From NCBI GenBank assembly GCA_024275165.1, contig JAJRZQ010000038.1, forward strand, positions 17,474 through 81,473: a stretch of DNA of 64,000 nucleotides, written 5' to 3'. Numbering within the stretch: the first letter of the stretch is position 1; the number at the start of each line of letters is the position of its first letter. This document shows positions 48,976-57,894 of the stretch, in pieces. Under the pieces are notes generated by a model. It searched no databases and was not told where the DNA came from. It was given only the letters and a program-made list of their open reading frames with translations. The position numbers were made by a program, and so were the translations under genes. This DNA comes from a bacterium (GTDB lineage Bacteria > SAR324 > XYD2-FULL-50-16).

Positions 48976-49135
48976 GGGGGTCTTTGAAAAATTCAGAGGG
49001 TTTAAGGAGGGGAAATCGACTAAAAAAACCGACTCCTTAAAGGCTCAAAGCAACATGTCCTTTGGCGGTGAAAGGCTCTCAGGGCACTTTTCCGTTACTT
49101 GAAAAGCGGTAGGGTTGAACTTTTTCAAAGCCTCC
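48976..49135. mobile_element. 160-bp MITE-like / structured element upstream of nadA
   Basis: Ends GGGGGTCTTTGAAAAATTCA and TGAACTTTTTCAAAGCCTCC; TTAA on both flanks; internal stems TTTAAGGAG/CTCCTTAAA, CAAAG/CTTTG and CTTTTC/GAAAAG. Confidence 0.6.
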
Positions 49136-49309
49136 TTAAAATGAAATTCTAAACCTTAGGCCCTTCTTGATCAAGCCCTTAGTTTACCTTTTCCGCTTCT
49201 TCTTGGCCTCAATCCGGCTCCATTGCGCGTTGCGCGTGGCTGGAGCCTTTGCGGGCCTCTTGATCTTTTTTCTCGTGCCTTTTAGGCTAAAATAAAACGG
49301 AGCCGCTTT

Positions 49310-50083
49310 ATGATGATTCTTCTTTCTCCCGCGAAATCTTTGGATTTCACCACCCCCAGCCCGGTGAAGGAATTCTATTTGCCCCGGTTTTTGCAGCAAG
49401 AAACAGCGGAACTGGCTGGGATACTGCGAACAAAATCGAGCGCAGACTTAGCCCAGTTGATGCGCCTGAGCAAAGCCTTGGCAGAGTTGAATTACCAACG
49501 CTTTCAGGATTATCGGGTTCCCTTTCCCCCAAAGCAGGCCAAGCAGGCTGTTTTTGCCTTTGTGGGGGATGTGTATCAAGGGCTGGAGGCAACCAGCCTG
49601 AGCGCCGCAGAACTCAATCGAGCGCAACAAAGCTTGCGTATTCTTTCGGGTTTTTATGGATTGCTGACCCCCCTTGACTTGATTTTGCCTTATCGCTTGG
49701 AAATGGGGACGAAGCTTGCCACGACCCGAGGCGAAAATCTCTACCGGTTTTGGGGGGGCCTTCTCGCTAAAGGCATTAATGAAGAGGCGCCGAGTGTGAT
49801 ACTCAATCTGGCCAGTAACGAGTATTTTAAAGCGGTTCCGGCAAAAAAGCTCCAAGCCTTGGTGATCGGCCCTCGTTTTTACGATGAAAGCAAGGGGCAA
49901 TATAAGGTGATTTCTTTTTTGGCTAAACGGGCTAGAGGCCTCATGACCCGCTGGGTCTTGCGACAAGGGGCTACTTGCGAAGGGGATTTGAAAGAGTTTA
50001 ACCTAGAGGGCTATCGCTATTCTTTGCAGGGTTCTAAACCGGGGCAGCCGCTGTTTATTCGCCCTGCCCGTGACCGGCCCTGA
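49310..50083 (+). CDS. yaaA: Peroxide stress protein YaaA
   Basis: LSPAKSLD, GDVY.GL, LSGFYG, PYRLEMG, NLASNEY and AKRARGLM motifs. Confidence 0.92.
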   Translation: MMILLSPAKSLDFTTPSPVKEFYLPRFLQQETAELAGILRTKSSADLAQLMRLSKALAELNYQRFQDYRVPFPPKQAKQAVFAFVGDVYQGLEATSLSAAELNRAQQSLRILSGFYGLLTPLDLILPYRLEMGTKLATTRGENLYRFWGGLLAKGINEEAPSVILNLASNEYFKAVPAKKLQALVIGPRFYDESKGQYKVISFLAKRARGLMTRWVLRQGATCEGDLKEFNLEGYRYSLQGSKPGQPLFIRPARDRP

Positions 50084-50133
50084 ATTGCCAAAGCGATGGG
50101 GGAGGGCTATGATGATTAGAAAAGGTAATTTTT

Positions 50134-50808
50134 ATGAATCCCGATTTTTTAAAGATCATTCACGCGCGTCATTCCTGCCGGGCTTTTTTGGCGGAAGAAG
50201 TCCCCCGGGCCATGCTCGAGCAAATTCTGCTCGCGGCCGCCCAGGCCCCTAGCTCGACAAATATGCAGCCCTGGGAGGTCTCCATTTTCTTAGGTTCTGC
50301 CAAATCCAGGTTGGATCAGGCCTTGACAGCGGCCTTTGAAGAGGGGCGCGGGAGCAATCCCGACCTGCACGCCTATTTAGAGGAATGGGTCGAGCCTTAT
50401 AAATCCCGTCGTTTCGGCTGTGGAGTTTCTTTATACAACGCGGTGGGGATTGACCGTCAGGACAAGGCAGCGCGCAGGGAGCAGTCAAAAAAGAATTTCA
50501 ATGCCTTTGGGGCTCCCGTGGCCATGGTTTTTTATCAAGACGATTTTTTAAAGCCCGGCAGTATCTTAGATATGGGTTTTTTTTTACAAAATCTCATGCT
50601 CGCCGCCCAGGCCTTAGGGCTTGGCACTTGCCCCGAGGCGAGCCTCGTGGCCTGGCCGGAAATTTTACACCAGTCTTTTGGCATTCCTGAAGGGAAACGC
50701 TTTCTCACTGGTTTGGCCTTGGGTTTTCCTGATTTGCAGGCTCCGGTCAATCAATACCGCACGGCCCGCGAGCCCTTAGGGAGCTTTGCCCGTTTTGTTA
50801 CGGACTAG
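50134..50808 (+). CDS. Nitroreductase family protein
   Basis: RHSCRAF, APSSTNMQPW and QNLMLAA..LGLGTC motifs. Confidence 0.9.
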   Translation: MNPDFLKIIHARHSCRAFLAEEVPRAMLEQILLAAAQAPSSTNMQPWEVSIFLGSAKSRLDQALTAAFEEGRGSNPDLHAYLEEWVEPYKSRRFGCGVSLYNAVGIDRQDKAARREQSKKNFNAFGAPVAMVFYQDDFLKPGSILDMGFFLQNLMLAAQALGLGTCPEASLVAWPEILHQSFGIPEGKRFLTGLALGFPDLQAPVNQYRTAREPLGSFARFVTD

Positions 50809-50877
50809 GGGTTGTTCCTTCGAGATTCATAAAATTGACTTAAACCCAAGAAATTTCCAGGTTCCTTGGAGAGAAAC

Positions 50878-50906
50878 TTGACAGAGGCAAGATAAAGCGA
50901 TAAAAA
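50878..50906 (+). promoter_or_regulatory. Putative sigma70 promoter of rplM-rpsI
   Basis: TTGACA-17 bp-TAAAAA, 46 bp upstream of rplM. Confidence 0.55.
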
Positions 50907-50952
50907 GTTCTTTTAACGCAAATCGCGTAGCTATCTTTTACTAAAGCATTCG

Positions 50953-51402
50953 ATGAAGACAACCATCAGCATCAAAAAAGAGCAATTTGAGCAAAAAGGG
51001 GACCTCGAGCGCACCTGGCATCTGCTAGACGCGCAAGGTAAAACCCTAGGCCGTGTTGCGACCGAAGTCGCCAAGATTATTCAAGGCAAACACAAACCCA
51101 TCTACACCCCTCATGTGGACACCGGTGACTATGTCATCGTTGTGAACGCGGAGAAGATTCAACTCTCTGGCAATAAGCTCAAAGATAAAATCTACTATCA
51201 TCATACCGGTTATCCCGGTGGGATTAAGGCGGCCTCCGCTCAAGCCCTAATGGAAAAAGACCCCACCGCTTTGTTTAAAAAAGCGGTCAAGGGCATGCTT
51301 CCCAGTAACGCGCTCAATCGCGCCGCTTTGCTGCGCTTGAAGGTTTATGCCGGTGCCGAGCATCCTCATCAAGCCAACCAACCTAAGCCTTTGGAGTTCT
51401 AA
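50953..51402 (+). CDS. rplM: 50S ribosomal protein L13
   Basis: [29 protein letters not shown] and AVKGMLP motifs. Confidence 0.98.
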   Translation: MKTTISIKKEQFEQKGDLERTWHLLDAQGKTLGRVATEVAKIIQGKHKPIYTPHVDTGDYVIVVNAEKIQLSGNKLKDKIYYHHTGYPGGIKAASAQALMEKDPTALFKKAVKGMLPSNALNRAALLRLKVYAGAEHPHQANQPKPLEF

Positions 51403-51789
51403 ATGAACCAATATTACGGAACAGGTCGCCGTAAAACCTCTGTCGCTCGTGTGTTTTTACGCCCCGGCACCGGGAAGATTGTGATTAACAACAAGGTTGC
51501 CGCGGATTATTTTTCTCGCTAGCTTTATTTGATCCAAATCACCTCGCCTCTGAAGTTGACTGAAACCACGGAGCAGTTTGACATTGTCGCGACCGTAAAA
51601 GGTGGAGGGACCACAGGCCAAGCAGGGGCTTTGCGTCATGGGATTTCTCGGGCATTGCTTTCTTTTAGCGAAGAGCTGCGGCCCACTTTGCGCGGTGCCG
51701 GTTTTCTGACCCGCGACGCGCGGATGGTGGAACGCCAAAAATACGGTCAGCGAGGCGCGAGAGCGCGCTACCAATTCTCGAAGCGTTAA
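51403..51789 (+). CDS. rpsI: 30S ribosomal protein S9, interrupted by an in-frame TAG at 51520-51522 (codon 40)
   Basis: ATG 51403 gives [49 protein letters not shown] in a single frame. Confidence 0.95.
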
Positions 51790-51826
51790 TCTGTTGTTTA
51801 GCCGATGCTGAATTGAGTTTGAGCGT

Positions 51827-51853
51827 AAAAACCCCGTTTCGGGGTTTTTTTTT
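51827..51853. terminator. Intrinsic (bidirectional) terminator after rpsI
   Basis: AAAAACCCCG-TTT-CGGGGTTTTTTTTT between convergent genes. Confidence 0.85.
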
Positions 51854-51858
51854 GCCCT

Positions 51859-52692
51859 CTATAAATACTCCATTCCTCGTTTAGGCAATATTTTGAGTAG
51901 ATTGATCTCATTTCCCTTGATGTTGAAACTGACCTCATCCATGAGGTGGTCAATCAACTTCAGCCCTCGGCTCATGCTCACCGCTCCACGGCCGCGAAAA
52001 AAGGTTTCCGTGTTGAATCCTTTTCCTTGATCCTTGATATGTACCATAATGCGGTCCATTTTTAATTCGATCTCAAAAAAGATATTCTCTTCTTTCTTTT
52101 TCCGGTTTCCATGCTCCATCGCGTTGCTCAAAGCTTCGTAAATCGCCATTTTTAAGTCTGGAAAACTCCCGTACTCTTCTGGGTAAACCAACTCGATTAA
52201 GTTATCCACCGTATCGAGCAGCTTTAAGGTGCTTTGTTCTGTGGACTTGATCACCGCCTGATAATTGCTGTGCATCCGGTAATTGACCAACTCGTTTTTT
52301 AAAAACCGGGTCTTATGAAAGCGGATCGCTCGGCGAACCGTATCTTTGGTTTCTTGGATATTTAAAGGTTTCAGTAAAAAACCCTCGACCCTTAAATTAA
52401 CGGCCCGCACCGCTTCGGGTAGGGTCGCGGGGTCGCTGATTAAAATAAAGGGCAACTGGGAATGCTGTTCGCGAATCTGGGCTAAAAGCTTTTCCCCCGT
52501 CATTTTATCGGGGCCAAAATCCATTTCGCTCATGATGAGGTCAAAGTGTTGGCTGCTGAATTTTTTCCAAGCCTGCTCGGCAGTGGCGCAGAAGTCGTAG
52601 TCTAAATTTTCTTCTTTGAAGATTTGTTTTAGGATTTCAATCCCGCTCGAATCAAATTCGACCACTAAAACCCGATAGGATAAATTTGCCAT
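51859..52692 (-). CDS. Atypical receiver domain fused to an RsbW-like anti-sigma kinase (HATPase_c)
   Basis: Receiver VLVVEFD..LIMSEM..LKP; EALSNAMEHGN, DQGKGF, RGL.LI..LMDEV and GNEI motifs. Confidence 0.8.
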   Translation of the reverse strand: MANLSYRVLVVEFDSSGIEILKQIFKEENLDYDFCATAEQAWKKFSSQHFDLIMSEMDFGPDKMTGEKLLAQIREQHSQLPFILISDPATLPEAVRAVNLRVEGFLLKPLNIQETKDTVRRAIRFHKTRFLKNELVNYRMHSNYQAVIKSTEQSTLKLLDTVDNLIELVYPEEYGSFPDLKMAIYEALSNAMEHGNRKKKEENIFFEIELKMDRIMVHIKDQGKGFNTETFFRGRGAVSMSRGLKLIDHLMDEVSFNIKGNEINLLKILPKRGMEYL

Positions 52693-52844
52693 GCGCCAAC
52701 CTTAAAATGAAGGAGTCTTGAAGTAGTTACAGAGGGCTGACCTTGAGCATACGCCCCTTTGGCTTGACCCGAAAAGCCGAATCAGACAAGCTATGAACTC
52801 AGGTTCAGAATAAACCTTACTTCAAAAAATTACGAGGAGATTTT

Positions 52845-53729
52845 ATGGCCGATTTAGATGGACTCAAGGATGGCAAAGATTACGGCATCGGGACTCCGGT
52901 ACAGGAGCAGCCCTTTTTTTTAAAAGGTTCCAATCATTTAGATTGGGGGATGCAAAACCGTCTCTCCAGGTTGTTTAACCCCAAGTCAGGTCGCACCGTG
53001 ATGCTCGCTTTTGATCACGGTTACTTTCAAGGCCCCACCACCGGTTTAGAGCGCATTGACCTCACCATCGCCCCCTTGATGCCCTACGCCGATGTCTTGA
53101 TGTGTACCCGTGGGGCTTTACGCACCAGTGTTGACCCCGCCCTGGGCAAGCCAGTGGCGTTGCGGTGCAGCGCGGGCCAGAGCATTTTAACCGAGCTTTC
53201 CAACGAGTATATCAGCGTAGAGATGGAAGAGGCGTTGCGACTCAATGCCAGTGCCTTGGCGGCGCAAATCTATATTGGCGCCGAACATGAACACCAGTCC
53301 ATTAAAAATGTCACCAAACTGATTGACGCGGGTACGCGCTATGGCATTCCCACCTTAGCGGTCACCGGAGTGGGCAAGGACATGGCTCGCGACGCGCGCT
53401 ACTTTGGGCTCGCGACTCGTATTGCCGCAGAAATCGGCGCCCATTTTGTGAAAACCTATTTCGTGGAAAAAGCTTTTGAAACCGTTACCCACGGTTGCCC
53501 CGTGCCTGTCGTGATTGCCGGGGGGAAAAAGATTCCCGAACTGGACGCCCTGACCATGGCCTACCGAGGGATTGATCAAGGTGCCGCGGGGGTGGATATG
53601 GGAAGAAATATTTTTCAATCCGACTCCCCCAAAGCGATGATTCAAGCGGTTGGCGCGGTGGTGCATGAGTTGATGCGCCCTGAGCGGGCCTTTGAGATGT
53701 ATCAAGATTTAAAAGCGCAGGGGGCATAA
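52845..53729 (+). CDS. lsrF: LsrF-like class I aldolase/thiolase
   Basis: [39 protein letters not shown] and DMGRNIFQ motifs. Confidence 0.88.
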   Translation: MADLDGLKDGKDYGIGTPVQEQPFFLKGSNHLDWGMQNRLSRLFNPKSGRTVMLAFDHGYFQGPTTGLERIDLTIAPLMPYADVLMCTRGALRTSVDPALGKPVALRCSAGQSILTELSNEYISVEMEEALRLNASALAAQIYIGAEHEHQSIKNVTKLIDAGTRYGIPTLAVTGVGKDMARDARYFGLATRIAAEIGAHFVKTYFVEKAFETVTHGCPVPVVIAGGKKIPELDALTMAYRGIDQGAAGVDMGRNIFQSDSPKAMIQAVGAVVHELMRPERAFEMYQDLKAQGA

Positions 53730-53734
53730 AGCTT

Positions 53735-55810
53735 GTGCAAGTCTATTCTAAAGTAGAGGCGCAAGCCCTGGCAGAGTCCTTGAGCCTTTCCCTCGCCTTG
53801 GCGACTCGGCTCTATACGGCTCGTCTCATGGGGGCAGACCCTTCCTTGGTGCTTCATGGGGGGGGCAATGTCTCTTATAAAGAAACCGTGACCAATCTCT
53901 TTGGTGAACAAGCGACCTTGATGTGGGTCAAGGCCAGTGGGCAAGATTTGGCTGATTTAAGCCTAGAGGGCTTGGCCGGGCTGTGGCTAGCGGGGTTAGA
54001 GCCTTTGGCAAGCCTAGTGGAGATGAGCGACGCTACGATGAAGCGGGAGTTGCTTCGCCAAGCTCAAAACCCTGCCGGCCCCGTACCCAGTATTGAGGCC
54101 TTGGTTCATGCCTGGATCCCCTTTCCTTATGTGGATCACAGCCACGCCGACGCCTTCTTGACCTTGAGCAGCCAGGCCCAAGGGCGTGAGGCGGTAGCGC
54201 AGGCCTATGGGCAAGAAGTTGAAATCTTGGAATATTGCCCAGCGGGCTTTGCCTTGGCGAAAGCGGTGCGGGAACTCTTTGAAACCGGCAAGACGCGGGG
54301 CAAAAGGGGATTGGCCCTGATGGGGCATGGTCTGTTTACCTGGGGGAAGACGGCCCAAGAGGCTTATGAAACCATGAAGGACTTGGCGCAAAAAGCAACG
54401 GAGGCACTCCAACCCTTTTGTAGCCCCTTTCCCCCCGCTCAAGTCGAGGAAAAACAGGCTTTAGCCCGTTGGCGAGAGCTGGCCCCTTGGTTGCGGGCGG
54501 AGCTTTACCGCCAGGGGGGCTTGAAGTTTTTGGCGCAAGCGATGACGGATCCAGCGACCCTCGCCCTCTTAGAGCAACCCCAGGCAAGCGACTATTTAAT
54601 CAGCTCTCCCTTAACCCCCGATCATGTGATTCGCGCCAAGCGCAAACCGCTTTGGCTGAACGCTCCTCCCTGGGAGGACGCGACCGGCTTGCAAACTGCC
54701 TTTGCCCAAGCTTTAAGGGATTACGCCCAGGCCGAAACCGCCTACCGGCAAGAATTGGCCCCGGGCCAAGACTTTGCCGGCGACCCCTTTCCCCGCATGC
54801 TGCTTTTGCCGGGATTGGGCGCGGTGGCCTTGGGGCTGGAAGCAAAAAGCCTGCGGATTACTCGGGATATTCTAAGTCAAACCCTAAAGGCAAAGGCCTG
54901 CCTGCTGCAAATGCGGACTCCCTTTGTGGGGCTGGAGGAAAGTGAATTATTCCATATGGAATTTCGCCCCCTGCAACAGGCAAAACTGAAGGCCCCTCGC
55001 CCACCTTTAGAGGGACGAGTCGGGGTGATCAGCGGGGCGGCGGGGGCGATTGGCTCTGGGATCGCGCAAGAATTGCTCCACTTGGGGATGCAGTTGGTGG
55101 TGACGGATTTACCGGGAGAGCGACTCACTCAATTTAGCCAAGAGTTGGCAGAGGAATACGGTGAGCGGGTTTGGGGCCTCCCCATGGATGTCACCGACCC
55201 CCAAAGCGTGCAGGAGTTGATCCATCAAGTGATCGCCCGCTTTGGCGCCATCGACCTTTTGGTGATCAACCAGGGCTTGGCTCATGTCTCGACCTTGAGC
55301 GAGATGGATTTGGATCGCTTCCAACTCTTAGAACGGGTCAATGTGGGGGGAACCCTAAACCTCTTGAAAGCCTTTGGTCAATTATTAACCGATCAGGGCA
55401 CGGGGGGAGATGTGGTTTTGGTCTCCACGAAAAATGTTTTTTCCCCCTCCCCGAGTTTTGGCGCCTATTCGGCGACCAAGGCCGGGGCGCATCAACTGGC
55501 GCGCATTGCCAGTTTAGAGCTGGCTCCCTTTGATATTCGGGTCAATATGGTCAGCCCCGATGGCGTTTTTAGCGACGCGGGCAAGATGAAATCAGGCCTT
55601 TGGGCCTTGGTGGGGCCGGATCGGATGAAGGCAAGGGGGTTGGATGAAAAGGGACTGGAGGAATATTACCAAAACCGCAATCTCTTAAAAGTTCCCGTCA
55701 GCGCGCGGGATGTGGGTCGAGCCGTGGCCTATTTCGCCACCCGCCAAAGCCCCACCACGGGGGCGACCCTTCCGGTGGACGGGGGTCTGCCAGACGCCAC
55801 CCCCCGTTAA
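53735..55810 (+). CDS. Bifunctional class II aldolase / short-chain dehydrogenase
   Basis: LVLHGGGNVS.K, PSIE..H, DHSHAD, HGLFTWG and TPDH; SDR motifs GAAGAIG, YSATKA and VDGG. Confidence 0.88.
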   Translation: MQVYSKVEAQALAESLSLSLALATRLYTARLMGADPSLVLHGGGNVSYKETVTNLFGEQATLMWVKASGQDLADLSLEGLAGLWLAGLEPLASLVEMSDATMKRELLRQAQNPAGPVPSIEALVHAWIPFPYVDHSHADAFLTLSSQAQGREAVAQAYGQEVEILEYCPAGFALAKAVRELFETGKTRGKRGLALMGHGLFTWGKTAQEAYETMKDLAQKATEALQPFCSPFPPAQVEEKQALARWRELAPWLRAELYRQGGLKFLAQAMTDPATLALLEQPQASDYLISSPLTPDHVIRAKRKPLWLNAPPWEDATGLQTAFAQALRDYAQAETAYRQELAPGQDFAGDPFPRMLLLPGLGAVALGLEAKSLRITRDILSQTLKAKACLLQMRTPFVGLEESELFHMEFRPLQQAKLKAPRPPLEGRVGVISGAAGAIGSGIAQELLHLGMQLVVTDLPGERLTQFSQELAEEYGERVWGLPMDVTDPQSVQELIHQVIARFGAIDLLVINQGLAHVSTLSEMDLDRFQLLERVNVGGTLNLLKAFGQLLTDQGTGGDVVLVSTKNVFSPSPSFGAYSATKAGAHQLARIASLELAPFDIRVNMVSPDGVFSDAGKMKSGLWALVGPDRMKARGLDEKGLEEYYQNRNLLKVPVSARDVGRAVAYFATRQSPTTGATLPVDGGLPDATPR

Positions 55811-55818
55811 GAGGCCGC

Positions 55819-56865
55819 ATGCAGATTCTGACCCGCTATATTGCCAAGGAATACCTGCAATATTTTAGTCTCTGCTTTTTTAGTCTCACTTCCATTGGCT
55901 TGACCTTTGCTGCCCTTTCCGAGCTTGAGTTGCTGAAAAAAGCAGGCGGGGGCAGCCTGTTCATCCAGTCTCTTTTGAGTTCCGCCCCTCTTTTAATTGA
56001 ATTGATTCTCCCCATCGCTGTGTTATTGGCGACGATTTTAACCTATTCCAGTTTTTCTAAATCCAGTGAGGCGGTCGCGATGCAGGCCGGGGGGTTTAGC
56101 CCCTTTAACCTCGTGCGTCCGGTGTTGGTATTGGGGTTGGCCATTGGGGGGTTTGCCTATTTCAACCAGTCTTACCTTGCCCCCTGGTGGGGGGCAGACG
56201 CCAAACTGCTATTGATGGGCAAAATAAAAGAGGATCACGCCTGGAGATATTTCCAAGAAAAGCTTTATTATTTTGAGGGTTTAAATGAAGCGCGCCAGGA
56301 GGCGAAGGCAGGGCGTATTTTTGCCTTTAACGCCTACCTGCAATTTAAAAGCGAAGAACTGGTAGAGGACTTAAAACAAGCAGATGGGCAGATTCGTTAT
56401 GAAGTGAAAAAAATCATTCAATTTTATCCTTTGCGTTTGGAAGAGGAGTCTGGGTATCTGGTAAAGCTTCAAGCAAAGGCCTTTCCCAAGATTTTTTTAG
56501 GGGAGTTGGCTTATCCTAGGTACTCCAACTTTGGAGCTCTCATTACCCGATTGCTCGCCAAGCAAGAGGGGGGGGAAAACACCAGCGCGGACTTTTTCGC
56601 CTTCTTTCAAAAAATATCGGGATTTTTATCCTTTTTCTTGATGATTTTGTTGGCCCTTCCCTTTTCTCTTTTCAGTCACCGCGCCGGGAATGTGCGGGGG
56701 GGGATTTTAGTGGCCATTCTTTTGGGGTTTGTGTACTGGCTTTTAGAACAGATTTTTTCCGGGTTATTTAAAGCGGGGTTGCTTCCTCCCTTTGTCGCCG
56801 CCTTTGGGGCTTTTGGCCTCTATACTTTGCTTTGCTTCGGCTTGTTGAAGCGGCGGCTCGGTTAG
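55819..56865 (+). CDS. LptF/LptG-family LPS export permease
   Basis: ILTRYI; SEAVAMQAGG.S motif; three TM segments, a periplasmic domain, then three more TM segments. Confidence 0.85.
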   Translation: MQILTRYIAKEYLQYFSLCFFSLTSIGLTFAALSELELLKKAGGGSLFIQSLLSSAPLLIELILPIAVLLATILTYSSFSKSSEAVAMQAGGFSPFNLVRPVLVLGLAIGGFAYFNQSYLAPWWGADAKLLLMGKIKEDHAWRYFQEKLYYFEGLNEARQEAKAGRIFAFNAYLQFKSEELVEDLKQADGQIRYEVKKIIQFYPLRLEEESGYLVKLQAKAFPKIFLGELAYPRYSNFGALITRLLAKQEGGENTSADFFAFFQKISGFLSFFLMILLALPFSLFSHRAGNVRGGILVAILLGFVYWLLEQIFSGLFKAGLLPPFVAAFGAFGLYTLLCFGLLKRRLG

Positions 56866-57893
56866 GGGGCCTCTTTTTCAGCTTCTTTTTTTCGTCCCGC
56901 CTCAACAAGGTCAAAGAGGCGGTATTTTGCCTTTTCCACCCCCTCCCCCGAGACGCTGGAAAGGGGGATCATCTCTTCGCCTAAGTCTTTAAATTCTTGG
57001 GTTAGGTTTTCGATATTCAAATCCTCTCCCAAGGCGTCAACCTTGGTTAAAAGCACGATTCGGGGTTTTTGCAAAAGATCGGCGGAAAACTTTTCCAGTT
57101 CTTGCAGCAAAACCTGAAAGGTTGTGAGGGGGGGCTTTTCGGCCAAATAACTGGCATCAATCAAAAAGGCCAAACATTGGGTTCGCTGAATGTGTTTTAA
57201 AAATTGCCCCCCCAAGCCAACGCCGAGGTGAGCCCCCTCGATAATTCCTGGAATATCGGCCACCACAAAGGTTTTATAGCCTTCGACCTGAACCACTCCA
57301 AGCTTGGGGGTTAAGGTGGTAAAGGGGTAATCTGCCACCTTGGGCCTCGCGTTGGAGATGGTGGAGATCCAGGTGGATTTTCCCGCGTTGGGAAACCCCA
57401 CCAAGCCCACATCGGCCATGACTTTCAATTCAATGCGAATGGCCATCTCTTGGCCCGGGAGGCCCGGCTGGCAATATCGAGGAGCGCGGTTGGTACTGGT
57501 CTTAAAATGCACATTCCCCAAACCGCCCTTGCCCCCCTTTAAAAGCAGGATGGAGGTTTCATCCAGTACCTCGGCCAACACTTCGCCGGTTTCTTCATCG
57601 GTTAGAATGCTCCCAAAGGGGACGCGGATAATTTTGTCCGCCCCCGCTTTTCCGGTTTTTTGCGAACTCATTCCCCCTTGGCCGTTCCCCGCCCTTTGCC
57701 AATGGTTCATGCGCAAATCCAAGAGGCTGGTCAGGTTCGGGTCCCCCTGCACCAAGACATCGCCCCCTCGGCCACCGTCCCCCCCATTGGGGCCGCCAAA
57801 TTCGATATATTTTTCTCGGCGCATGCTGGCGCAACCGGGGCCGCCTTTCCCTGAGGCGATCTCGATTCTCGCCATGTCGACAAACTGTACCAT
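56862..57893 (-). CDS. obgE: GTPase ObgE
   Basis: FVD..GKGG, GGPNGGDGG, ADVGLVGFPNAGKST, YPFTT and DIPG motifs. Confidence 0.96.
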   Translation of the reverse strand: MVQFVDMARIEIASGKGGPGCASMRREKYIEFGGPNGGDGGRGGDVLVQGDPNLTSLLDLRMNHWQRAGNGQGGMSSQKTGKAGADKIIRVPFGSILTDEETGEVLAEVLDETSILLLKGGKGGLGNVHFKTSTNRAPRYCQPGLPGQEMAIRIELKVMADVGLVGFPNAGKSTWISTISNARPKVADYPFTTLTPKLGVVQVEGYKTFVVADIPGIIEGAHLGVGLGGQFLKHIQRTQCLAFLIDASYLAEKPPLTTFQVLLQELEKFSADLLQKPRIVLLTKVDALGEDLNIENLTQEFKDLGEEMIPLSSVSGEGVEKAKYRLFDLVEAGRKKEAEKEAP

Positions 57894-57894
57894 T

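Noticed and set aside
48976-49135. 6S RNA or glycine riboswitch
   Set aside because: The fold is multi-branched rather than a rod with a central bubble. CTCTCAGG is present on the plus strand, but the GGAGA/CCGAAG core is absent.
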